NCBI GenBank assembly: GCA_002269645.1 | Contig: NIVC01003480.1 | Coordinates: 31,938-95,937 of the forward strand | DNA: 64,000 nucleotides | Origin: Macrostomum lignano | Taxonomy: Eukaryota | Reading direction: 5' to 3' | Part shown: one piece after another, positions 29,850 to 45,148 of the stretch | Position numbering within the stretch: the stretch's first letter is position 1 | Layout: the number at the start of each line of letters is the position of its first letter | Notes under the pieces: model-generated | Told to the model about the DNA's origin: nothing | What the model saw: only the letters and a program-made list of their open reading frames with translations | The model's database searches: none | Position numbers and translations under genes: made by a program

Positions 29850-31480
29850 ATTTTGTTAGTGAATGCTCGTTTTTTGATTGATTTCTTCCCCTTTTTTATG
29901 GGTCTTCCATTACAAAAGTCACACATTTTTGGGTCTTTTATAACGAAAGAATGCCTGGCTAAGTATATATGACAAACTTTTCTTAATCTATGAATCAATA
30001 ATCTGACAAAGGCAATCAAGTGTTTCTTTTATTTTCTAACTTAATTTAGTTGTTTAAGCACCAGGTCATCTTCTTGATTCAAAATATTTTGTTTTCTAGA
30101 CTTTTTGTTAAAACTACAGATATTGCTATGGGAACTACAGCAATATGGTAATATTGGGGTCCCTATGACTATAGAATATGGAGAATTGGAATAAGCCATA
30201 GTTTTGCTTATGGCTATGGCTACAATACATGGACCCTCCTTATGGCAAAACATTAGTCTTAAGTTGTAGAAAAAATATAGTTACATAAATAATGTAGTTA
30301 CTAAGCTTTGGGCAATGTTAGGCTAGGGAATCAAGATATCTATCACTAATTTTATATATAGGAATATTCAAACTTTTTGCACTCTTTATTATATAAAAAA
30401 TAACAACTTTGCTATTTTTCCTAAATAAATATGAATCTAAAAACAAAAAAATTATATATATTATAAACAAAATATTTTGGTTATAAAGATTTGCATTATT
30501 TATTTTGTATAGGGGCCTAAGTTAAATTATCTTATACTTCTTAACTTTTCTTAATAAAACTTTGCTAACATAATAACAAAAACGTCTTCTATAATGAAAA
30601 GATAAGAAATAAAAAGGCTTAATTCATTTTGGAACTAATAAATGACTAGTGTTTTGTCATTCCTGGTAATATTCATCTTTTTACTATGGATATCTATATT
30701 ATAAGTATTATAAATAGCAAGTAAAGTGATTTTTCATTTTGTCATAGCATATAGTAACTATACTGTAATCTTTTTAAATATAGTAAGCTTCTTTGTATTT
30801 TTTGTTTATAACTAGTTTTTTCATCATTGATCTATGTTGCTATTTTAAAATTAATTAATTAATTCTTTCTTTTTTGATAATTCAAAACTCAAAACTAAGT
30901 ATAGTAATCTATAGGAAGATATTCAAATTTTTACATTTCCATAGTTAGCCATAGGAGCAATTATTTTCTATAGGTATATTCATAGCTGCTACAGCCATAC
31001 AGGTATTTATTTTATTATAATTGCTATAGTATTGGTATACAGCCATAGCCATAATTATTGTAAAACATTAGAATGGACTGTTTGGTTTGGACTAAGGTTA
31101 TTAATCAGATGTTGGATGTATGCTTAATAGTATTAGTTTTTTTGGGTGGTTGATTGAATATAAGTAAGAAAGTTATAAATAAAATAATAGAATGGGACCT
31201 AAAAAGATAGTTTCAAATGGAGCTAGGAAGGAATAGAGCTCTATTCTAAAATGACTTTGATAAGTTTAGAAGCCCAAGTTTGCAGCATAAAAAAACTTGC
31301 TAATTGGTTCAGCCATAATGTACATTAGCCAGTCCACTGAAATGTACATGGCTGCTTTAGGATGGAATTCCGAGAAAAGGCAATAAAAATTGAAGCTGGA
31401 TGGGGGTAGGGTGGAATGGCGCGGTTGGAGGGTTTCAGCTGGGGGGTAAGAGCCCATAAAATGAGCCTTGGCTTTAAAAA
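29850..31480 (-). mobile_element. Possible highly decayed RNase H-type LINE remnant
   Basis: AT-rich block. Minus-strand peptide LIHRLRKVCHIYLARHSFVIKDPKMCDFCNG resembles the RLRIGH..HS..DPP.C..C end of I-group ORF2; PPYPHPASIFIA (about 31390) resembles the RNase H SIFTAE region. Confidence 0.35.
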
Positions 31481-31625
31481 TACATAAAAATTCTTTCTGT
31501 TTAACTTACTACTGAACTGAAAGTAGCTTACACGCAAATGTGCTGAGTGGCCCATCTAGCTATTCTAGTATCTGTGGACAGGATTCAAATCTCCATCCCA
31601 TGGAATTTAGATCCCTTATACTCGT

Positions 31626-34048
<2,423 letters not shown>

Positions 34049-34489
34049 TTTATTTTCTGTCTGAATGATATTGATTGATTAATTGCCTGTCTGATTAATT
34101 GATTTATAGCTCATCTAGCAACTGATTAGTTAACTGATTGGCTTCTGAAAGCATTTTTGTTCACACGTGCTGCTTAACCACTATGTTAAATAAAATAACG
34201 ACATTGCATATTCGGTACATTTTACTTTTAGTAGTTCAATATGTCTTTGGTAGGTAAAGTGTGATAATTGTGTAATTTCTTTTTAGGTAATTTTATAATG
34301 AGATTTTTCATGCCGTTAGCTTGTTTGTATTAATTATGTCAGTCTCAATTTTTTCATTTCTATAGCACTATGCTCACTTTGTTTAATAGTAAATCTAAAG
34401 TATACTGACTTAATATCTAACTTTCTTTAAAAGTAATTTTGGAGAGTTATAAAATTGATTAGGTCAGATAAACTTATACATGTGTAGAT

Positions 34490-35800
34490 TTTGTATTTGA
34501 GAATATAGAGTCTATTTGAGGATATAGAGTCCGTATTTCAGGTTATAGAGTCTGTATTTGAGAATATAGAGACCATTTGAGAAGAGAGTCTGTATTTGAG
34601 AATATAGAGAGTCTGTATTTGAGAATATAGAGAGTCTGTATTTGAGAATATAGAGAGTCTGTATTTGAGAATATAGAGAGTCTGTATTTGAGAATATAGT
34701 GAGTCTGTATTTGAGAATATAGTGAGTCTGTATTTGAGAATATAGAGAGTCTGTATTTGAGAATATAGAGAGTCTGTATTTGAGAATATAGAGAGTCTGT
34801 ATTTGAGAATATAGAGAGTCTGTATTTGAGAATATAGAGAGTCTGTATTTGAGAATATAGAGAGTCTGTATTTGAGAATATAGAGAGTCTGTATTTGAGA
34901 ATATAGAGAGTCTGTATTTGAGAATATAGAGAGTCTGTATTTGAGAATATAGAGAGTCTGTATTTAAGAATATAGAGAGTCTGTATTTGAGAATATAGAG
35001 AGCCTGTATTTGAGAATATAGAGAGTCTGTATTTGAGAATATAGAGAGTCTGTATTTGAGAATATAGAGCCTGTATTGGAGAATATAGAGAGTCTGTATT
35101 TGAGAATATAGAGAGTCTGTATTTGAGAATATAAAGAGTCTGTATTTAAGAATATAGAGTCTGTATTTGAGAATATAGAGAGTCTGTATTTGAGAATATA
35201 GAGAGTCTGTATTTAAGAATATAGAGTCTGTATTTGAGAATATAGAGAGTCTGTATTTGAGAATATAGAGAGTCTGTATTTGAGAATATAGAGAGTCTGT
35301 ATTTGAGAATATAGAGAGTCTGTATTGGAGAATATAGAGAGTCTGTATTTAAGAATATAGTGAGTCTGTATTTGAGAATATAGAGTCTGTATATGAGAAT
35401 ATAGAGAGTCTGTATTTGAGAATATAGAGAGTCTGTATTTGAGAATATAGAGAGCCTGTATTTGAGAATATAGGGAGCCTGTATTTGAGAATATAGAGAG
35501 TCTGTATTTGAGAATATAGAGAGTCTGTATTTGAGAATATAGAGAGTCTGTATTTGAGAATATAGAGAGTCTGTATTTGAGAATATAGAGAGTCTGTATT
35601 TGAGAATATAGAGAGTCTGTATTTGAGAATATAGAGAGTCTGTATTTGAGAATATAGAGAGTCTGTATTTGAGAATATAGAGAGTCTGTATTTGAGAATA
35701 TAGAGAGTCTGTATTTGAGAATATAGAGAGTCTGTATTTGAGAATATAGAGAGTCTGTATTTGAGAATATAGAGAATCTGTATTTGAGAATATAGAGTCT
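34490..35800. repeat. 23-bp intergenic minisatellite
   Basis: TATTTGAGAATATAGAGAGTCTG. Confidence 0.95.
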
Positions 35801-35889
35801 GTACTGAGTTTATCCCCATCACGAAATTCAACATTGATGCTGTAAGCGTCTCTCCCAGTTACCAGACAACAACAAACCTATAAAGCACA

Positions 35890-36216
35890 ATGGGCGTCAA
35901 AGTAGAAACCATCAAGCAAGGCGACAACTGCTCCTATCCGCCGAAAGGCTGCACGGTCACAGTGCACTACGTTGGCACCCTGACCAATGGCAACAAGTTC
36001 GACTCCAGCCGCGACCGCGGCAAGCCATTCCAATTCAGACTCGGCGCTGGCGAAGTCATCAAAGGCTGGGACGAGGGCGTCGCCCAGATGAGCAAAGGCG
36101 AAGTTGCTAAGCTCACCTGCACACCGGACTTCGCCTACGGAGCTAGGGGCTATCCGCCCGTGATTCCGCCCAACTCCACCCTCGTGTTCGAGGTTGAGCT
36201 GATCAACTACAAGTGA
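35890..36216 (+). CDS. FKBP1A: FKBP12-type peptidyl-prolyl isomerase, 108 aa, intronless CDS
   Basis: [56 protein letters not shown]. Confidence 0.97.
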   Translation: MGVKVETIKQGDNCSYPPKGCTVTVHYVGTLTNGNKFDSSRDRGKPFQFRLGAGEVIKGWDEGVAQMSKGEVAKLTCTPDFAYGARGYPPVIPPNSTLVFEVELINYK

Positions 36217-36739
36217 ATTGAGACCTGATCGGTACCTGCTTGTCTGTTAACTGTTGTCTAATAACTTTTTTCTGCTTAGCCCCTTTTATTGCTGTAGTGT
36301 GTATGTTAAAGTTTAAATGTTCAAAATTTTGTAAAACAAAATTTGTCAACACACTTTTATTAGTCTACTCACCGTGAGTAGTAAAATATTCGAGCAAATA
36401 GTAATTAAAACCCGGTTTCAAGATATTATTAATGACCGAATTATGCTAATTGTGTAGTAATAAATTCAACATTATGACAGCTTTCCGTAGTTTATTGCAA
36501 TTCTATATTACAATCCAAACCCAGAAATTGACAAACCATTTTTTCTTTTTATAGAGTACAAATAATTACCCTGTTACTTTGTTGTTCACTGTTACCAAGT
36601 TCCCTAGTGTTAATTGTGCTTCTTTTCGAATGTTTACCAACCATCTGAAATTGAAATAAAATCTGTTGTTGCATTCTACGTGTGCTAAATATAAGTATTG
36701 TATTGTTTAATTTATATATATTGCAATTAATCTATAGTG

Positions 36740-37360
36740 CAGATCCTCATGCGGTTCTCTTCCGCTACCCTCAGATCCTCAGGCGGTTCTGTTCCGCTAC
36801 CCTCAGATCCTCAGGCGGTTCTCTTCCCCTACCCTCAGATCCTCAGGCGGTTCTCTTCCCCTACCCTCAGATACTCAGGCGGTTCTCTTCCGCTACCCTC
36901 AGATCCTCAGGCGGTTCTCTTCCGCTACCCTCAGATCCTCAGGCGGTTCTCTTCCGCTACCCTCAGATTCTCAGGCGGTTCTCTTCCGCTACCCTCAGAT
37001 CCTCAGGCGGTTCTCTTCCGCTACCCTCAGATCCTCAGGCGGTTCTCTTCCGCTACCCTCAGATCCTCAGGCGGTTTTCTTCCGCTACCCTCAGATCCTC
37101 AGGCGGTTCTCTTCCACTACCCTCAGATTCTCAGGCGGTTCTCTTCCGCTACCCTCAGATTCTCAGGCGGTTCTCTTCCGCTACCCTCAGATTCTCAGGC
37201 GGTTCTCTTCCGCTACCCTCAGATTCTCAGGCGGTTCTCTTCCGCTACCCTCAGATCCTCAGGCGGTTCTCTTCCGCTACCCTCAGATCCTCAGGCGGTT
37301 CTCTTCCGCTGCCCTCAGATTCTCAGGCGGTTCTCTTCCGCTACCCTCGGATCCTCAGGT
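36740..37360. repeat. 32-bp intergenic minisatellite
   Basis: CAGATCCTCAGGCGGTTCTCTTCCGCTACCCT. Confidence 0.95.
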
Positions 37361-37579
37361 GGGTCGTCCCATGTCTTTTCTCTATGATTTCCAGATCGCT
37401 AGTCATAAACATAACATCATGATATAATACATAGGTAGCGCAGCTTATGTTATGAACATACCGTAGCATTAGACCCTGAATAAGATTCTGCTTAAAAATC
37501 TCACAATCTCTCCATTCCAAATAAATATTTCTGAGACCTATTCGGCTTCAACTTTTGTCAGATTAAAATTTAATAAAAA

Positions 37580-40391
37580 ATGACTTTAGACAAAAATGAT
37601 CCCGCAAAGGTGTTTCGCATCAAAATCATTAGCATGGGCAACTCGGATACCGGCAAGGTGAGCTAGTGTCTGCGTGTGTACTTTTAAATAATAATTTGAC
37701 TATTTTTCGCTGTGAATATTGCGAAAAGCAATCATTTAACTATTGTTTCTTTCTTTTAAAACAGAGCTGCATTATTAAACGCTACTGCGAGAAACGATTC
37801 GTACAAAAGTACTTGATGACCATCGGTATCGACTTTGGCGTTACTAAGTACGTTATGAACTTTGCAACCGTTTATTATGAAGCTCAGAGTTTGCTGGGCC
37901 AGCCTCCCAGATATCAGTTGCTGTACCAGCCTCCCAGATCCCCAGTTGCTAGGCCAGCCTCCCAGATCCTCAGTTGCTGTACCAGCCTCCCAGATATCAG
38001 TTGCAGTTGCTGTACCAGCCTCCCAAATCCCCAGTTTCTGGGCCAGCCTCCCAGATCCTCAGTTTCTGGGCCAAGCCTCCCAGATCCTCAGTTGCTGGGC
38101 CAGCCTCCCAGATCCTCAGTTTCTGGGCCAGCCTCCCAGATCCTCAGTTGCTGGGCCAGCCTCCCAGATCCTCAGTTGCTGGGCCAGCCTCCCAGATCCT
38201 CAGTTGCTGGGCCAGCCTCCCAGATCCTTAGTTGCTGGGCCAGCCTCCCAGATCCTCAGTTGCTGGGCCAGCCTCCCAGATCCTCAGTTGCTGGGCCAGC
38301 CTCCCAGATCCTCAGTCGCTGGGCCAGCCTCCCAGATCCTTAGTTGCTGGGCCAGCCTCCCAGATCCTCAGTTGCTGGGCCAGCCTCCCAGATCCCCAGT
38401 TGCTGGGCCAGCCTTCCAGATCCTCAGTTGCTGGGCCAGCCTCCCAGATCCTCAGTTGCTGGGCCAGCCTCCCAGATCCTTAGTTGCTGGGCCAGCCTCC
38501 CAGATCCTCAGTTGCTGGGCCAGCCTCCCAAATCCTCAGTAACCCTGGTGCTCTCCTCGTCTCCCCAGAGTGACAGTGGGCGACCGCGACGTCAAAGTGA
38601 ACATCTTCGACTTCGCTGGCCATCCCGTGTTCTACGAGGTCCGCAACGAGTTTTACCGCGACGTCCAAGGCGTCATGCTAGTCTATGACGTCACCAACCG
38701 GGCCAGCTTTGAATCCTTAGACGCCTGGATCAAGGAGATGAAATCTGAACTGGGCGCCAAGCATATTGCCGAGTTCGACTCCGCGTATTTTGTAGTCTGC
38801 GCCTATAAGGTTTGAATATCACTTAGAAATATTGTCCGTTAAATGTGGGTGACAGTGGAAATGAGAGTGAGAAGAGAAGTGTTGAAAAGGAGAGGATGAG
38901 ATGATGGGAGAGTAGGAAAAGAGAGGAGAGTATAGAATAGGAGGGGAAGAGAAGAAGAGAGGAGGGGAAGAGGAGAAGAGAGGAGGGGAAGAGGAGAAGA
39001 GAGGAGGGGAAGAGAAGAGAGGAGGGGAAGAGGAGAAGAGAGGAGGGGAAGAGGAGAAGAGAGGAGGGGAAGAGGAGAAGAGAGGAGGGGAAGAGAAGAG
39101 AGGAGGGGAAGAGAAGAGAGGAGGGGAAGAGGAGAAGAGAGGAGGGGAAGAGGAGAAGAGAGGAGGGGAAGAGGAGAAGAGAGGAGGGGAAGAGGAGAGT
39201 AGGAGAGAGGGTTGACGAGGGAGAGAGAAGAGTAGAGGTGACTGAGGAGAGGAATGGGAAGAGAAGAGGTGGAGATGAAGAGGAGAAGGGGGGAGAGGAG
39301 AGGCGCCAGTCGATGCGCAGGTAGCGAGTAGGCAAGTAGCCTTTGTCCGTTGCGCTTATCCATCAGCACACGCACAAGGTGTCCAGCGGGCCTGACTATC
39401 TCATCCTCAGGCAGTATATACACATTATATTTTCAATCTGGCAGGTGGACAAGAAGCAGGCGCGAGTTGTTGACGAACTCGAAGGTCGCCTGTGGTCAGA
39501 TGCGCGCGGCTATCCGTACTTTGAGACCTCGGCTCTGAATGGCGACGGGGTCAGCGAGATGTTCAAATGCCTATTCGACGGTGTCGTGGAGGCCGTGATC
39601 TCCGGAAAGAAGCCGCAGCCGATTCCTGTGCAGCTGGGCTACAACACCGAACAGATTGAAGCTATTAAGAAGCTGAAGAGTGGCAGAGACAACTACGAGA
39701 GACTGGGCGTCGCTCAGAATTGCACTAAGTGAGTTCCTGATCTTCTACCATGCTCATTGTTAAGTCTCGCCATTCTCATCCCTCAGTCCCGCCATTATTA
39801 TCCCTACCCCAGTCTGGCCAGTCCCTACCCCAGTCCCGCCAGTCCCTACCCCAGTCCCGCCAGTCCCTACCCCAGTCCCGCCAGTCCCTACCCCAGTCCC
39901 GTTAGTCCCTACCCCAGTCCCGCCAGTCCCTACCCTAGTCTGGCCAGTCCCTACCCCAGTCCCGCCAGTCCCTACCCCAGTCTGGCCAGTCCCTACCCCA
40001 GTCTGGCCAGTCCCTACCCCAGTCCCGCCAGTCCCTACCCCAGTCCCGCCAGTCCCTACCCCAGTCCCGCCAGTCCCTACCCCAGTCCCGCCAGTCCCTA
40101 CCCCAGTCTGGCCAGTCCCTACCCCAGTCCCGCCAGTCCCTACCCCAGTCCCGCCAGTCCCTACCCCAGTCTGGCCAGTCCCTACCCCAGTCCCGCCAGT
40201 CCCTACCCCAGTCCCGCCAGTCCCTAACCGGCAGTGGACCCGCGGCGCCCCGCAGAGAGGACATAAACAAGGCGTACCGCCGCCTGGCCGTGCTGCTGCA
40301 CCCGGACAAAAGCGTCGCTCCTGGCAGCGAGGAGGCTTTTAAAATTCTTGTCAATGCGCGAAATCAACTGCTGTTGAATGTGAAACAGTGA
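37580..40391 (+). CDS. DNAJC27: DNAJC27/RBJ (Rab-like GTPase with C-terminal J domain), 273 aa
   Basis: Exons 37580-37657, 37765-37847, 38569-38809, 39445-39728, 40256-40391 (822 nt). [61 protein letters not shown]. Confidence 0.95.
37890..40226. repeat. Intronic arrays of DNAJC27: 28-bp, purine-rich about 21-bp, and 21-bp
   Basis: 28-bp unit as at 7420 (37890-38540); GA-rich tract (38870-39300); CCAGTCCCGCCAGTCCCTACC (39800-40226). Confidence 0.92.
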
Positions 40392-40999
40392 GACTGAAGA
40401 TTAAAAAACTTTATACAGTTTCTTTAAGTGCCTTTCCATCAAGTTTTTTAAAGCTAATGTCTTTTGAAGTACCAATTTTTCGATTAAATTTCTTTATTGA
40501 CTACTAGCGCTTAGTAGGTTGACTCGTTTTGTTTTCTTGAGTAAATAAAAATAATCCGTCCGAAATTGATCTGTGTTACTATTTTTACTAGCCTCGTATG
40601 CTGTTTTTGTACACCCAAGTGAGTCCTTAACATTCCTGTGTGCATTGGCGCTATCTACTGCAATTTTTATCTATTTAAAGTAGTGTTTTCCTATCCATAC
40701 ATGTGTATTGTAAATGCGGATAGTACATGTAAGTAGTATAGTGCATGTTTTTCTGTCAGCTGATTTATAGATTTGCTGCATATTTGTAATAGTATACTAC
40801 TGTAATACTATTATTAGTATCCACTGCTGCTGCTACTGCTTCTGTGTTGCTATTTTTATTTTTTAAGAATATAAGATGAAATTCCGTCCATATTTTCGGA
40901 ATTGCTTGTTTGATGCATTTTATTCTTTTTATTTATTAAGTATAATTATGATAGTGGAGTTGAATTAGTTACTTTTTTAAGAAATTGTAAGTTTAGTAC

Positions 41000-42615
41000 T
41001 GGGTAGCGAGTTTGGTATAGGGTTTTAGGTAGCGAGTTTGGGGTAGAGTTTTAGGTAGCGAGTTTGGGGTAGAGTTTTAGGTAGCGAGTTTGGGGTAGGG
41101 TTTTAGGTAGCGAGTTTGGGGTAGAGTTTTAGGTAGCGAGTTTGGGGTAGAGTTTTAGGTAGCGAGTTTGGGGTAGGGTTTTAGGTAGCGAGTTTGGGGT
41201 AGAGTTTTAGGTAGCGAGTTTGGGGTAGAGTTTTAGGTAGCGAGTTTGGGGTAGGGTTTTAGGTAGCGAGTTTAGGGTAGGGTTTTAGGTAGCGACTTTG
41301 GGGTAGGGTTTTAGGTAGCGACTTTGGGGTAGGGTTTTAGGTAGCGACTTTGGGGTAGGGTTTTAGGTAGCGAGTTTGGGGTAGAGTTTTAGGTAGCGAG
41401 TTTGGGGTAGAGTTTTAGGTAGTTGTTTGGTATAGGGTTTTAGGTAGCGAGTTTAGGGTAGAGTTTTAGGTAGCGAGTTTGGGGTAGGGTTTTAGGTAGC
41501 GAGTTTGGGGTAGAGTTTTAGGTAACGAGTTTGGGGTAGAGTTTTAGTTAGCGAGTTTGGGGTAGAGTTTTAGGTAGTTGTTTGGTATAGGGTTTTAGGT
41601 AGCGAGTTTAGGGTAGGGTTTTAGGTAGCGAGTTTAGGGTAGGGTTTTAGGTAGCGAGTTTAGGGTAGGGTTTTAGTTAGCGAGTTTGGGGTAGGGTTTT
41701 AGGTAGCGACTTTGGGGTAGGGTTTTAGTTAGCGAGTTTGGGGTAGAGTTTTAGGTAGCGAGTTTGGGGTAGAGTTTTAGTTAGCGAGTTTGGGGTAGAG
41801 TTTTAGGTAGTTGTTTGGTATAGGGTTTTAGGTAGCGAGTTTAGGGTAGGATTTTAGGTAGCGAGTTTGGGGTAGGGTTTTAGTTAGCGACTTTGGGGTA
41901 GGGTTTTAGGTAGCGACTTTGGGGTAGGGTTTTAGGTAGCGACTTTGGGGTATGGTTTTAGGTAGCGACTTTGGGGTAGGGTTTTAGGTAGCGACTTTGG
42001 GGTATGGTTTTAGGTAGCGACTTTGGGGTAGGGTTTTAGGTAGCGAGTTTAGGGTAGGATTTTAGGTAGCGAGTTTTGGGAAGGGTTTTAGTTAGCGACT
42101 TTGGGGTAGGGTTTTAGGTAGCGACTTTGGGGTAGGGTTTTAGGTAGCGACTTTGGGGTATGGTTTTAGGTAGCGACTTTGGGGTAGGGTTTTAGGTAGC
42201 GACTTTGGGGTATGGTTTTAGGTAGCGACTTTGGGGTAGGGTTTTAGGTAGCGACTTTGGGGTAGGGTTTTAGGTAGCGAGTTTGGGGTAGGGTTTTAGG
42301 TAGCGAGTTTGGCGTAGGGTTTTAGGTAGCGACTTTGGGGTAGGGTTTTAGGTAGCGAGTTTGGCGTAGGGTTTTAGGTAGCGACTTTGGGGTAGGGTTT
42401 TAGGTAGCGACTTTGGGGTAGGGTTTTAGGTAGCGAGTTTGGGGTAGGGTTTTAGGTAGCGAGTTTGGGGTAGGGTTTTAGGTAGCGAGTTTGGGGTAGG
42501 GTTTTAGGTAGCGACTTTGGTGTAGGGTTTTAGGTAGCGACTTTGGGGTAGGGTTTTAGGTAGCGACTTTGGGGTAGGGTTTTAGGTAGTTGTTTGGGGT
42601 AGAGTTTTAGGTAGT
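41000..42615. repeat. 26-bp G/T-rich intergenic minisatellite
   Basis: GGTAGCGA(G/C)TTTGGGGTAG(G/A)GTTTTA. Confidence 0.95.
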
Positions 42616-42727
42616 GAGTTTGGGAGAAATTTCAATCAATATTGAATACTCAATGCATGCAACTCGGTCTCGCTGCATTGGCAGCCAATCTCGCGCAGTC
42701 AGATTTCTAAGAAAGACAAAGCAAACG

Positions 42728-43000
42728 ATGGTGCACAAAGGCCTGGGCCAGGGCATGGCCTATGTTCGGGGCATCATCTACTATTCGGTGTCGCCGAACG
42801 AGCTGCACCCGTTCCGCGGCCTGCTCACCAAGGCTCCCTGGAATGCGTTGCGCCGGGTCAGCGAAGAATTCTTTCGCGTTGTGCCGCCATTCGCTGGCGC
42901 CTACCTGATCATCACCTGGGGCAAGGAGGCCAACGAGAAAACTAAGCGAAAGGACCCGGCCTTCTTTGAGCAGGAGGCTGCTCAGAATGGCGAGCTATGA
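42728..43000 (+). CDS. UQCRQ: Cytochrome bc1 complex subunit 8 (QCR8), 90 aa
   Basis: GIIYYSVSPNELHPF..NALRRVSEEFFRVVPPF..YLIITWG..KRKDPAFFE matches the UQCRQ pattern. Confidence 0.9.
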   Translation: MVHKGLGQGMAYVRGIIYYSVSPNELHPFRGLLTKAPWNALRRVSEEFFRVVPPFAGAYLIITWGKEANEKTKRKDPAFFEQEAAQNGEL

Positions 43001-43569
43001 GAAACTGCTAATTAATATTTTTAATTAACCCAAACTATATTACACGCGAAGCCCAATTCTACTACTGGGAAAGTAGCATCTTGCGAGTAGTTAGATCAGT
43101 AGTGTTTAAGTAGGTAGATCTACTAAACCGCCCCACCCTCTCTATCAACTCCGTGTAACATCGCCTCTCTTCTGTTGCTCAGAAATAGAATGAAAGTTTA
43201 AAATAATTAATCAACTAGATAGTAATAAATATTACATCATTTCAAGTTTTCGTCTTACGCCTGTCTTATTTCTGCCGTAAGGCATGCAATGCCCAAGCTT
43301 TTGTTTATGCGCGCATTTCAAGTGGGCTCTTGAAACGTGTTACTATGCGCAGAGAATTCGCCAGGTGCGTCCGTGTGTTAGCCTGCACCTATTCAGCATA
43401 TATATGAGATAGTCCATAACTTTATTGGAGTTGCTTATTTTATCTACCAGCTGTTTACTCAGACAGTCCAATCCGATTTAACGGTAAGTTTTATCTGTCA
43501 AGACAATCTGTATTTTGCTTTGTTAACAGAGACCCCTGTTGGGCATGCAAAATAATTTGACGAGGGGCG

Positions 43570-44290
43570 GTGGCGCTACCTGAACAGCTGACAATGGGTA
43601 TGGCGCTACCTGAACAGCTGACAATGGGTGTAGCGCTACCTGAACAGCTGACAATGGGTATGGCGCTACCTGAACAGCTGACAATGGGTATGGCGCTACC
43701 TGAACAGCTGACAATGGGTGTGGCGCTACCTGAACAGCTGACAATGGGTATGGCGCTACCTGAACAGTTGACAATGGGTATGGCGCTACCTGAACAGCTG
43801 ACAATGGGTGTGGCGCTACCTGAACAGTTGACAATGGGTATGGCGCTACCTGAACAGCTGACAATGGGTATGGCGCTACCTGAACAGCTGACAATGGGTG
43901 TGGCGCTACCTGAACAGCTGACAATGGGTATGGCGCTACCTGAACAGCTGACAATGGGTGTAGCGCTACCTGAACAGCTGACAATGGGTATGGCGCTACC
44001 TGAACAGCTGACAATGGGTGTGGCGCTACCTGAACAGCTGACAATGGGTATGGCGCTACCTGAACAGCTGACAATGGGTATGGCGCTACCTGAACAGCTG
44101 ACAATGGGTGTAGCGCTACCTGAACAGCTGACAATGGGTATGGCGCTACCTGAACAGCTGACAATGGGTATGGCGCTACCTGAACAGCTGACAATGGGTA
44201 TGGCGCTACCTGAACAGCTGACAATGGGTATGGCGCTACCTGAACAGCTGACAAAGGGTATGGCGCTACCTGAATAGCTGACAATGGGTG
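43570..44290. repeat. 30-bp intergenic minisatellite
   Basis: TGGCGCTACCTGAACAGCTGACAATGGGT(A/G). Confidence 0.95.
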
Positions 44291-44464
44291 TGCGCCGAAG
44301 GAGTTGCGACAGCTCGTGCTCGCAGCCCTCCTGCGAGGGGTCAAGGGATCAAGGGATGCAGTGCCAGAATTGATTAGTTAAAGCAATTACTTTGCCGATA
44401 AACCGATGATTTGCGTCGAGCTAAAAGTACCTCGAAGAAATGAAACACTTCCGTCCAGACCGCC

Positions 44465-45077
44465 ATGTCCTCCGACTCCGCTGCCGCGCTGCCCCGCCCG
44501 CACTCTGCGCTAGTCGTCGATGGCCCCGACCGCGCCGGCGCCCGCTCGATGCTACGCGGCGTCGGATTGAAAAGCGCCGATTTTGCCCGGCCGCAGGTTG
44601 GCGTGGTGTCCTGCTGGGCCACCGTCACTCCGTGCAATTTGAATCTGCGCGAGCTGCAGGACCTGGCGGGTGAATCGGTCCGCGAGGCCGGGCTGGTGCC
44701 GATGCACTTCAACACCGTCACGGTCAGCGACGGCATCAGCATGGGCACGCCTGGCATGCGGCTGTCGCTGATCAGCCGCGAGGTCATCGCCGACTCCATC
44801 GAGACGGTGACGCTGGCCGAAGGCTTTGACGGCCTGGTCTGCCTGGGCGCCTGCGACAAGAACATGCCAGGCATGGCCATGGCCATGTTGCGGATCAACC
44901 GGCCCGCCCTGTTTGTCTACGGTGGCAGCATCCTGCCCGGCTGCGGCCCGAAGGGCGACAAGGTGGACATCCGCACCGTCTATGAGGCCATCGGCGGCTA
45001 CCACAAAGGCAGCGTCAGCGACAAGGTTGGCGATCGGACTGTCTGTCCACGTGTCTGCCTGTCTGCCTGTATGTCTA

Positions 45078-45148
<71 letters not shown>

